NCBI GenBank assembly: GCA_040756875.1
Contig: JBFLYH010000002.1
Coordinates: 1,055,078 to 1,119,077, forward strand
Length of the DNA: 64,000 bases
Reading direction: 5' to 3'
DNA from: a candidate division FCPU426 bacterium
Lineage (GTDB): Bacteria > Oederibacteriota > JAAXVQ01 > JAUVAV01
Position numbers and translations under genes: made by a program
The notes under the pieces: generated by a model
Told to the model about the DNA's origin: nothing
Seen by the model: only the letters and a program-made list of their open reading frames with translations
Databases searched by the model: none
Shown: in pieces, positions 26,201 to 38,200 of the stretch
Numbering within the stretch: position 1 is the first letter of the stretch
How the letters are laid out: every line of letters starts with the position of its first letter

Positions 26201-29200
26201 TACGCCGGAAACGTTCTCGACCTTTACAGGATTTGTAAAATTCATGACTTCCCCGGCCATGCGGGCCGGGTTGGCTTTCTTGATACAGTCTTTGTTTGTT
26301 AACAGTGGAGAGGAAAACGGTGCCAAGGCCGCCCAGGACCGCCGGGCTGGCGCGATTTGGGGCGCGATGGCCAGCGGGTTCTTGGGGTGGGTGGATGCCA
26401 GCGTCAGCACGCGCATTCCGCTGACGTTTATGCAGCAGGTCGGCATGTTCCTGTTCAATTTTGTTCGTCCGGTGGTGGCCAAGACCGTATCCACCATTGT
26501 CAGCCAGTATGCTCCATCCGATTCGAACGGTGGCGCCAAATGGGGAGACAACCAGAAGTATTTCGTGGCCAATACCTGGGGTACCATCGCCGAACGGATG
26601 GTTCCCGGCTATCAAGTTGATCAGAGCGGAGCCCGTTGGTCCTGGCTGCCCACGGAAATAGCGTCCGTTTTTTCCAGTGATTCCATGTCCTCTGGCAATG
26701 CTTCCACAGCGGCAGGAAGCATGGGCGACAGCAAAGGGATTCAGGGCGCTTCTGCAGGTCAAGCGGGATTCCTGAACGGCGTCCAGGCGGCCGAGCAACT
26801 GGGGCCGGCAAACAGCGAGGTTCAGCAAGCTGAGATGCCGGCTAAAGTCGAAGCCCAATCGCCTATTTCAACGGACAGCCATGCAGTAAAAGAGGAATCC
26901 GAGATTACCGAGAGCGAATCGCCTTTCAACGAGATGGAACAGCAACTCAATTTGGGCCAGGAAATCCAAAATCCGAATCAAAATGCTCCGCAACAACAGC
27001 AACAAAATCTGGAACAGCAGCGCTCGGCCAGCGGCCTGCCTAAGCAGACCGAAGAGAAAAAGGCTGAAGCGCCTTCCCGTAGCGAACAGCAAATACAGCA
27101 GCAGCAACCCAAGCAACAGCCGGAGAAACAGCCTGAAAAATTGGAAACACCCTATGAGCAGCCGCAATACAACCAGCAGGAATCCCTTCCCGACAACAAT
27201 AATAATGAGCGTGAGGAATTAAACAGCCCCAGCTTGGATAACAGCAACCGGGACAACGAGATGGAAGTCCCGCAGGACCCGATGCAGGAAGTCAAGGACT
27301 TGAAACTGCCCGGGGCGCACATGCCTCAAAAGGGAGAGCTTAAGCAAGGCGACGAGCTCGAGCGCCTGGATGAAATTAAAACGCCGAAGGGGAGCACCGT
27401 GGAGAAGACGGCTTCCGAGGCATTGAACGACGGCAATGGACAGGGAGACGGAAACGGGCAAGGCGGAGGCAACGGCGCGGGTCAAGGGGATAATGGGGTG
27501 GAAGCTTACCAGGGTGTGACTCAAAATATGCAAATGAACCTGAGCCAGCACCGCGAGCAATTGGAAACCATGAAACAGACCGGTGAATTGCCGGCCAAAT
27601 TTGCTCCGGCTGAGAATTCGACGGTGCGAACCGCCACTTTAGCGTCGGACAGCATCCCCACGGATTCGGCGTTGGGGCAGGTGGTGGAAAACCTAACCCG
27701 CGAGGGCAGCTTGCCCTATGGCGGCGACTTCAATTTGAAAGTTGAGACCTTCCAAAATCAAGCCGGCAATCAAATCATGGCTGTGAGCAGCATCGACGCG
27801 TCCACCGGACAAACTCAGCTTCTGGCTCTGACCGAAAAAATCGGAAATGAGCACATTACCACCACTTTCCGCGAGAACACGGAAGGGCCGGGGGCCGTGG
27901 CAAACGTGTATGCCGGCGACCAGAAGGGCGATGCGCTGATGGCCAATGATTTCGCCATCCCGGATTTGGATGTTAAACGGGGATTGGGCGAATTGACCAA
28001 AGGGAGCGGACTAAGCGGCCGGGAACAAGCCAAAGCCGGCGGCGAGCGCCTTCTGGAAGGTGATCAATTGGAAGAAACCGGAGAGACGTCGCGAGGTTCT
28101 GACCGCAACCGTCCGGGCGAGAACAAGGACCAAGACGCCATGGCAGCCGGGGCGTTTAAAGGTGGAAAAGGTTCGGGTCCTGGGGGAGAGAACAGCGGAA
28201 AGGCGGAGGGATGGAACCAGGGTTCGGACGCTACATTATATAAAGGCGAGAATGGCGGGTTGGAAGTGAAAGGTAGCATGGATGCCCTCAAGCAGGTCAT
28301 GGATGCCAGCGGTCAGGTGGACCTGAGCAAACTCTCGGGCCGGCAAAATGCGGATGGCACTATGACATACGAAGCGCCGGGTGTTCAGATCACGGCCACG
28401 CCGGCGGCATTGAATGAGGCCACTGCCGGGGGGAGCAGTCTGGATATGAGCCGGCTGCAGCCGGTGGCAGGTGAGCAGCTTCCTGCAACGCTCACAAACA
28501 ACGACGGATTGGATATCCGGGGCAGCCCGCAAGCATTGGACAAGCTGAAGGACGCCAACGGCCAGTTGGATCTCAAGCAATTCTCAGCTCAGACCATGAA
28601 GGACGGCACGGTGAAACTGCAGGGGCCGGAAGGCGTGGAAATTTCAGGCACGCCGGATGCCCTGGCCAAGGCTGCTGGCAAGGAAAACCAGTTGGACCTG
28701 GGAAAATTCCAACCGAAGTCATCAGAGGCCCAAGCAGGGAAAACCACGGTGACCGAACCGCCCAAGAACTTCGAGGCGCCTCCGGCCGAGCAGAACGATA
28801 AAGCTGTAGGCGAAGGCACCAGCCTGATCAGTTCGAACAAGGAGATCGACCCCTCGCGCCGCGATGTCAAAATGAGCGAACAGGAAGGGCCGCGTCCTGC
28901 CACTCCGGACAAGCCCCAGGAAATAACCTCGGGCCAGGTGGAAGTTCCCAAAAAGTACAATTTGTTCCAAACCGCCATGGCCAAGCTTTTCACCTTGGGC
29001 AGTTGGGAACCGGGGACCACAATGGCCACGACCTACACCTTCGAGGTGGACGGCCGCACTGTCTCTATGCAGTTTGTTCCCGAAAGAACGGGATCAGGCA
29101 ATGCGGTAGGCAGCATGGATGTTAAAGGAAGCGACGGCGAAACGTATAAAGTCACCCTGGGGAGCAATGGCGAGGTAACGGGTGTCATGCAATACGTGGT

Positions 29201-32200
29201 GGCTGGCGGCTTCTGGAAAGGCACGCTGGCCCTACGGCCCGTGGGCGGCAACGAGGCGTTTGCGTTCAATGAATGGGGCGAAATGGACCGCCTCTACACT
29301 AAAAATGCGGACGGATCGTGGACCCTTTCCAAGGAGCGCAAATACACGCAGGATGCACAGGGGCGCTGGGTCGGCGCCATGATCGATGCGAACGTGGCCG
29401 GCCAGTTGAGCAAGGATGAATTGCGGAACCTGATTCTGGCCATGAATGCGGATCCCGCGGTGTTGGCGCAAAACCGCAGTTACCAGGATTACCTGAAGGA
29501 CCTGAAACTCACCCCCGGCACAGCTGAATACGATGCCAAATTGAAGGAACTGGCTTTGCCGCTCGGTCTTTCCGCCATCCAGCAGGCCCAATCGTACGTG
29601 AACCAACTGCTTTCGCAGGGCGCGACTGGATCGAAACTGGAGTCGGCTTACCGCACCCTGGCGTTGGCCGAGCAGAAGGTATATTCCCTGGATCAAACGA
29701 AGGTGAACTTCGCATCGCTGGTCGAGCATGCCCGTTTGAGCCAGGACGCGCCTCTAATGTTGAAAGCCGCGGATTACCAGTTGTCCCAGGGCGATAAATC
29801 CGGGGCGGTTGTCACGCTTCAAGCTGCGCTGACATCGCTGCGGAATTTGCCTCCGACGCCGCTGACGATGGACCAGGCCTTGCGGGGGCTGGAGCTGCTG
29901 CAACAAGCGGGGCAGACTGAGACTCAGGTCTATCAAACCACGCTGACGTTTGTCGAAAACCAGCTCAAAGTGTCTGCCTTGACGCCCCTGACCCTGTCCC
30001 AATCACTGCGGCTGAACGAGGTGGCGGGCAGTGCCGTGGTGTCGGACGAACGCCTTATGCAATTGCGGAACGCGGTGGAGTCCGTGGTCAACGACAACCA
30101 GGCGAAAATCAAGGCAGGCAGCAGCTATACGGTGCAGGGATTCGGTGTGATCAGCAAAAGTGCGACCGGCGACGTGACGGTGCAGACGCAGGTGTCCGAA
30201 GACACGGCGGCCTCGATCACCTTTAAGGCGGTGAAAGAGGAGCGGCCGTTTGAGCCGGCCGGGCGGTTGGAAATGGAGCAGGTAGTAGTGGTCGACAACC
30301 TGGGAGTGCTGCAGATGTTCGCCGCGCAGCCCGAGGGATTTGCCCTGACCACGGTCGGCTTGACAAAGACCGTTACCATCGGCAACAAAACCTTCACCAC
30401 CAGGATTCTCAGCGATATCAATAACACCACCGGCCAGGCTGCCGGTACGATCAAAGTGGACGACAAGATCTATTCCGTGCGGGTCAATCTGGAAACCGGG
30501 GACGTGCAGGTGAAGCTGGAAGCGGAAAAGCCCGCGGGCAAACTGGACTTGTCCGCCTGGAATCGTGCGCGCCTGACGTTTGTCAATGGCGAGGCGTATT
30601 TTACGATCAACGGAAAGACGGAAAAAGCACAGGTGATTAATCAGGTTACAGCCGAACAGCTGCAGCAACTGAATGTTCCGGCCAACCAGGCCAAGGTCAT
30701 TGCCGACCTGCTGAAGGGCCGGAGCGGATACCTGGCCTCGGACGGAACGATATTCGTCGGAACGCAGCAGGAAATTGAAGCGGGAAATTATTTTGTCGCA
30801 GGCCGCAACCAATTCGGCACCAATCAAAACGACCTGGGATATTTGGCGAAATTTGTGGATGGCAATTTGCAGCGCGTTGATTTGTCGGACGGGAAAATCA
30901 TCTCGGTTCTGAGCAAAGACCTGAGCCGATACACGGTGACGCAATACAGCGAGGACGGGAAACGGGTGGCGGTTTCGCTGTATGAAAAAAGTGCGCTGGT
31001 GGGGACCAAACTGATCCTGCGTGATATCAATAACGTCGCGCTTCTCTATGATGCCAAAGGCCAATTGACGCAGGCCAGCCGGGAGAGCCTGCGGCATCTC
31101 CAGGCCCAAGGGGTGCAGTTCAACGAGGTTCAGGGCGGCTTTACCCTGCGGTACAAGGACCAGGAGTCGGCGTTCACGGCGAACGGGCGGCCGCTGGCGA
31201 CCGGCAACAAGGAACAGGGGGCGGGCGAAGGCGGGAGCAAAGAAGGCACCTCGGAGCAGCAGAAGAGCGGGACAAGTTCGCAGCAGACGCTGGAATTCTT
31301 CGACCAGCAGGCAATAACCTTGAACATCGCCAGTTACAAGGATCCGGATGGCATCCGGATCAAGACCAACAACTTTGAGTATACCACGATCACGGTGCAG
31401 GCCTCGACCAACGGAGAAGTGACCAAGGTCGTGCTAAAAAGCACGGTTACGGCCCAGGTCACACAGCGCATTGTGTCGAATGACAGCCAAACCATGACCG
31501 AGACCGGGCGATTCCGGAACTCAGGCGAGCTGGAAAAGGGCACGCGGCATTTGGTGGCCTCCAAACTCACCCAGACGGACGATAAAACCGGCCAGACAAT
31601 AACGCGTACCAATGTGGATAGCTTGAGTGAGATAGAGGATGGCAAAGAGAAAAGCAATCGCATGACGTTTGAGCTGGAAGAACTCAGGAATCAGGCGGGT
31701 AATCTCATCCGCATGGTGGAACGCGGCGAGTATATCAGCAAGATGGTCGGCGGAAAACTCGAAACACATCTGGAAAACGGCCGCGTACAGGAATGGGGCA
31801 GCGGGACCATCAATGGCGTTCAATACACAAATTACCACACCACGACAAACATCGTAAACGGCGAGCAGAGACTAGAATCGATGACGTTCGCCCGCGCGGA
31901 AAGCATGGAAAACGGCGTCAAGCGCGTCATCACCAACGGACGGTACCAGGGATTCTACAACGAAGCCGCGAAAAAATGGGACGTCAAGCTGCAAAGCGGG
32001 CGGGTGGAGGAGTGGGGCGGCAGCCAAACGATGAATGGGACGACGTATACCAATTATCATACGGTGACGAACGTGGTGAACGGCAACCAGCGACTGCAAT
32101 CCATGTCGTTTGCGAGCGCCACGAGCATGGAAAACGGCGTCAAGCGCGTCATCACCAACGGGCTGTACCAGGGATTCTACAACGAGGCCGCGAAAAAATG

Positions 32201-35200
32201 GGATATCAAGCTGCAAAGCGGGCGGGTGGAGGAGTGGGGCGGCGAACAAACGATCAATGGAACTGTCTACAAGAATTATCATACCATCACGAACGTACTG
32301 AACGGCAACCAGCAGCTCCAATCCATGACATTTGCCAGCGCCACGAGCATGGAAAACGGCGTCAAACGCGTGATTACAAACGGCGAATATGTCGGTTTTA
32401 CGAATGCTGATACCAAGAAATGGGACGTCAGGCTGCAAAGCGGGCGGGTAGAGGAGTGGGGCGGCGAACAAACGATCAATGGGACTGTCTACAAGAATTA
32501 TCATACCATCACGAACGTACTGAACGGAAACCAGCAGCTCCAATCCATGACATTTGCCAGCGCCACGAGCATGGAAAACGGCATCAAACGCGTGATTACA
32601 AACGGCGAATATATCGGCTTCGAGAACGCCGACACTAAGAAATGGGACGTCAAGCTGCAAAGCGGGCGGGTGGAGGAGTGGGGCGGCAGCCAAACGATGA
32701 ATGGCGTTACGTACAAAGATTATCATACCATCACGAACGTGGTGAGTGGCGATCAGCAATTGCAATCTATGACCTTCGCCCGCGCCGAAAGCATGGAGAA
32801 CGGCGTCAAACGCGTGATCACGAATGGGGAATATAAAGGATTCTACAACCAGACTGATAAAAAATGGGATATCAGGCTGGAAAACGGGCTGGTAGATGAG
32901 TCGGTGGCGCAAAAGGTTGAAAATCAAACTGATCCGAAACTTGGGACACTCACCATCACCAATTCCGATGTCCATACCATCACCCGGATTGAAAGCGGAA
33001 AGGCCGTGGAAGTCACGACAACCATCGGCCACTCGGTATCCAAGGATTCGAGCGGAAGAGTCGTTACTGATGAAAAGGGCATCTCTAAAGTGCTGACCAA
33101 TCCGCAGTTCAACGAAAAGGGTGTGCTGATCAGCGGCACGCAAAAAATGACCGTCGAGGAACGCAAGGAATACAACGTTAAATTCGACGACCAAACCCAA
33201 CGTTATATTGTTGCCGACGATAAAGTGACAAAGAGCTATAAAGTTGAATCAACCGCTGAAATCGAACAAGGCCGCGTTATAAGCAATCGGACTGAGATTC
33301 AAAGGATGACCACGTTGAACGAAAGCGGGCGGGTAGTGGCTGAGGATTTCAACATCGTTCAATCGATGGCCATCTTGAAGACCTATACCAAAGGAGTATT
33401 CGGTTCGGATCGCGAAGTGGTGGTTAACATCACCGAGGGCAAATCCGGCAGCCAGGTCATCCTCAACGGTGACCGTGAGCATGCCATTGCCATGGGGGCA
33501 GGCGTCAAGGTCAGCGCGGATGGCGACAAGATCATCGTGCAGGATGCGCGCGGGGTCTTGCGGGAATTCACTGCCGGTGGCAAGGAGACGACAGGCTGGT
33601 TCCAGGCCCGGGCGAATGACTGGAATGCCTATTCGGCCAAGATCGATGCGTTGGTTAATAAAGTAGAAACCGCCTGGAACGAAGGCAGGTATGGCATGGC
33701 GATTCTGCATGCCGGAAATTACTTGCTGTCCGGGACCTTGGACGCCCTGGTCTATGTTCTGCAGACCGCCTGGGCGGTAGTGGAAGGCGCGGTCGTGCTC
33801 TCGGTTAATGTGACGACGGCACCGTTTACAGGACTTTATACCATAGGCAGCAACCTGATTAACGGACGCGATTGGAATGAGGGTTTGTGGGATGCCATGA
33901 CCCGGCCTGGCCAGGCGGTATTGGACGGCTTCAAAGGCGCGCTTAATTTCGTCTTCAGCCCGCTGGATAAGGCATTGAATTGGGCGTCGGAAAAAGTGCT
34001 GGGCTGGGCTGAGGCGCTTACTGACACGGCGGAATGGGCCGCGGATCATAATGATATAATTGGGGCCGTGATATTGTCAGCCGCAGCCATCGTCCTTAAA
34101 GTGGTTGGAGAAAACCTGCCGACCTTGGTCATCATCGCGGTCAGCTTTATTCCGGTGGTCGGCGGGGCCATTGCGACCATCATGCTGGCCCGCGATGCAC
34201 TCACCCGGGGCTTGGGCAGCATGTTCGAATCTTTCTTCATCGAGCCCTTCATTAAGATCGGCACCGGCATCTACCAGTTGGCTACCATCTCGACCAATAA
34301 AACCGAGGTCTCGGTTACTCGACAGATCATCAATGCCACTTCACTGATTGGAGGGGGCATCGTCGGTCTGGCGCTGGCCAAGATGATGTTAAAAGGCGCG
34401 ATCGAGCAATTCAAGGCAGCGCGTGGCGAGATATCGTTGGCTCAAGTAAAAGGATATCTGCAGGAATTGGCGCAAGCCGGAGAACTGCATAAGGTTATGG
34501 GAAAGACGCTGGGCGAAATCGTCAAAGATGCCGGGATGAAGATGAAAGGCGAGCCAGCGTGGGCCAAATTCAAGTTCGATGATCTGACAGTTCCCCAGCT
34601 GCGGGGCGAAACGCTTGGCAATCTGATGTCCAAGCCCGGCGGCGCCGAGCTCCTGAAGAGTCTCTTCACCTATGGTGCAGAAGGCGGCGGATTCCGTATG
34701 AATGACCTTGCCCTGCCCAAAGCCAAGGAAATCGAAGTAGGCCGGGTTCAGAAGGCTATTGAGTTCCTATCTGAAAAAGCGGCGGAGAAAGTGGGCCTGG
34801 AGCTTCCGAAACAAACCCGGGTGATTGATCAACCTCTGGCTGAAGCGGTGAGGCCGGCTGATGTAGGTCTTTCCCGTCTGACCGGCATGGGGTCCGGATT
34901 GGCGACCTTTGCCGTGGAGACGATCAAGAGCCAGTTCCAGATGATGGCGCATGCCTTTGGTACCATACGCTCCATTATGACCACCACCTTCAAGGCCGGG
35001 TTGAACTTGGCCAGCAACCTGGTGGTGGAAAAAGCGGGCCTCGGATATACGGCCGGTTATCAAAAGGCCAGTGAAACAGTGCGGTCAGCGGTCAAGGATT
35101 TCGCCAAGACGAGCACGGGAGAATTCCTGCAAAAGTTCAGTTCCGAAGGCCTCTCTAATACGTTCAGCCGCGTTGCGGATTCGGTCCGGTCCGTGTCCAA

Positions 35201-38200
35201 CCAATTGGCCAATTCCATGGCATCGGCCTTCAGCCGGCTGACAGGCAGTTCTGTCCGGTTGGCTTCGAATTTCAACCAGCCATTGGGAGAAGGGACCTAT
35301 GCCAGAAAGGGCATGAGCGAACGGCCGGGCGCCGGCGTGGACGCTAATGGAGTCAAGACCGAAGCTGGTCAGCAACGGTCGGCTATGCAGGACACGCAGG
35401 CCATGCTCAAAGGCGCACGCGAAGAATTGTCGACAGCACGTTCGAATAAAGCGTCTGCGGAAGTAATCGGCCGCCTGGAAGCGAATGTACGGACCATAGA
35501 AGCGGCTGCCAAGAACTTGGAAACAGCCCTGAAAATCAAGGATCTGGAAGTAAGCCGCAGCACAGAGGGCAAAGCGCCTGAAACTGAACAAACCGCTCTG
35601 GAACGGCAGCAGCTGTCTTTGGCCAAAGACGCGATTGAAGGCAGAAACACAGCCGAAAGCATACAAAAAGAAATAGCCAAGACAGAGGCGGACATCAGCA
35701 AATTGCAGGCCGAGGCCAAAACCGAAGCCGGTAAAACTGAAATCGAAAGCCTGACCGGCAAACTGAAAGGGTTGCAGGAGCAGCAGAAGCAGGCTGAACA
35801 GCAAATGAAAAATGCCGAACAGCAGTTGTCGCTTACCGACCAGATCCATCAGGCTCAACAAGATACCGGCCGTCTCAAGGGAGAATTGGACGAAGCCCGC
35901 AGCCAGAGAGACGCGGGTTCGCCCGAGGAGAGTTCGGCCAATGCCGCTTCGGTGCGCCGGCTGGAACAGGAAATATCCAAAACCCAGGCTGATGAAAAAG
36001 TCGGCCGGGAGCAGCAAAAGGTGCTTGATCTGCAAACCGAATTGTCCAAGGCCCATGCCCGGGGCGACTTGGCGGATTACGCTCAAATCGCGAAAGATCT
36101 GACTGCGGCCGAGCAGGGATTGCATCGATCCTTGACCGAGCAGAGTAATGCGCAGAAACAGTTCAATTCCTCGGTGGCCAAGGAAAGCCAGATGACTGTG
36201 TCCGGCAAACTGGAGGCCATGGCCCAGGCTTCTGGCATGAGTCGGGCGGTGCTGGAAACCAAAGTGGAGCAGGTCGTCGACAAGATAGGCGATCATACCC
36301 GGAGCCGGGCCGTAAAATCGGCTTTAGTGGACTTAATGAGCGGTAACAGCCGTAACCCAGGCGAAGCCATGAAAGTATTGGAGCAAAACAGCCTCGGATT
36401 GAAAGCTTGCATGGAAGCCCTGGTGGCGAACGGTCTGGAAGCGCAGGCCATGAATTTCCTCGACCAGGTGGGAAAAACCAAGGGCGCGACTACGGCGGAA
36501 CGCAACGCGGCGGCCGAATCCTTCGGGCTGCAGCCGCGGGGGTTGGAAGTGGAGTTGAACCGACAGTTGGGGGCCCAGCTTAAGGCGGAGAATCCGCTCG
36601 GCCTGGAAGGTGGATCTCGCCGCGGCATGACCAGGGAAGAGCGGAGTCAGCTGCTGAAGGACGTGGCTAAAAGTCTCACCTTGGAACAGTATAACCGTCT
36701 GATGCAGGCGCAGCTGAACGGCGAAAATATCACGAACCTGTTGAAATCCATGCGGACCGAAGGCGCGGGAAAGAGCCTGAATGAAGTTCTCAAGGGAGAT
36801 GTCGCAGGAAAAACCCAGGCGTTCGCGGAGCAATTGAGCAAGACCTTGAGCGAGGCCGGAGTGGAGATGAACGCCAGCCGGCGGCAGATGGTCAACGAAA
36901 TTGCCGAGAAACTGACGCTGGAAAGCTATCGGCAATTGAGGTCGGAATTGCTGACATCGCCTGATCCGGTGAAATCCTTGGAAACAGCTCTCCGGTCTGA
37001 GGAAAGCGTTATGCCGACGAAATCCGGGCAGAATGCAGCGGCTGAACGTCTGTTGGGCGGGGAAAATAACCGGCTGGAGTCAAGCTACTCACCTGAGTTT
37101 GCCGAAACCCTTCAAGCATTCAGGGGTGAACTCGCGAAAAGCAACTCCGTGGATGAGGCGCTGCGTACAAAAGAAAACGTAGCCAAGGCGCTGGAGAAAC
37201 TGACAAATGAAGTAGGGCAGCGTGAAGTGCAAAAACTGACTTCCAGCCTCAACGAGGCCCAAGTCAAGAACCTCTTGAAGGCCGAAACCGTTGAGATGGC
37301 CGAAGCCAGGCTTAAAGCGATGATGCAGGAATCGGCTGTTCAGCAAGCCGGCACGGAAGGAGCGGTCAATAGCCTCCAGCATGAAGTCAATACTCAAATG
37401 TCGCGGGTCGAAGGGCGTCTGGAACGACTGCAACAGGTGGAAGCGGCCAAACAAAAATTACACGACGCCAAACAGGACTATAACAACGCTAAAACGTTTG
37501 CGGACAAAGTGGCTGCGGAGAAAGCGGTCCAAAATGCTCAACAAAACCTGCGCGTTACGGAGCTTCTGGCCGAGCGGAACCCTGCGGTCGGCAATGCCCT
37601 TGCCGAAGCCTGGGCCCGCTGGCAGGCGGAGCGGGGTCTGGCCAGCGCAGACCAGGTGCAATTGCGCATCCAGGTGGAGCAGGCGATCAGCTCCATTACC
37701 GATCCGGCCCTGAAGCAGTCCGTCAAAATGGAATTGGAACGCTTTAATAAATTGCAGGAGTCGATCGAAAAGGATCAGGCGGCGCTGGGCCGTGCTAGCC
37801 GCTTTGGCAGCAGTAAGGGGCAGATCGAAGCACGGATGCTGGAAAATATAAAGCAGCGGCAGAATCTGCTCGCCGAGTTGAACAAGTCCGGGCATGCAGA
37901 CCGGTTGTTGGAATCCATGGAACTGCAAGGCATGACTTCGAGGAAATTATTGGAACCGGCCGCAGGCCAGGCGGATGCGTTGGGGGCCACGATTAGAGAT
38001 ATACTAGGCAATTTGCGTGCAGAGCTGCTTCAGCCCAAAGCCTTATCTGAAGCCCTAGGAGTGGACGTGACTAAGCTATGCCTAGAATTGGGACGCACCA
38101 GCGAAATATTCAATGAGAATGTAGTGCGCGAAACGATCGAGAAGAGTTTCCCTGAATTGGCTTCCAAGAGCGGTGCGATTATTGATGCCATGTCCAAGCA

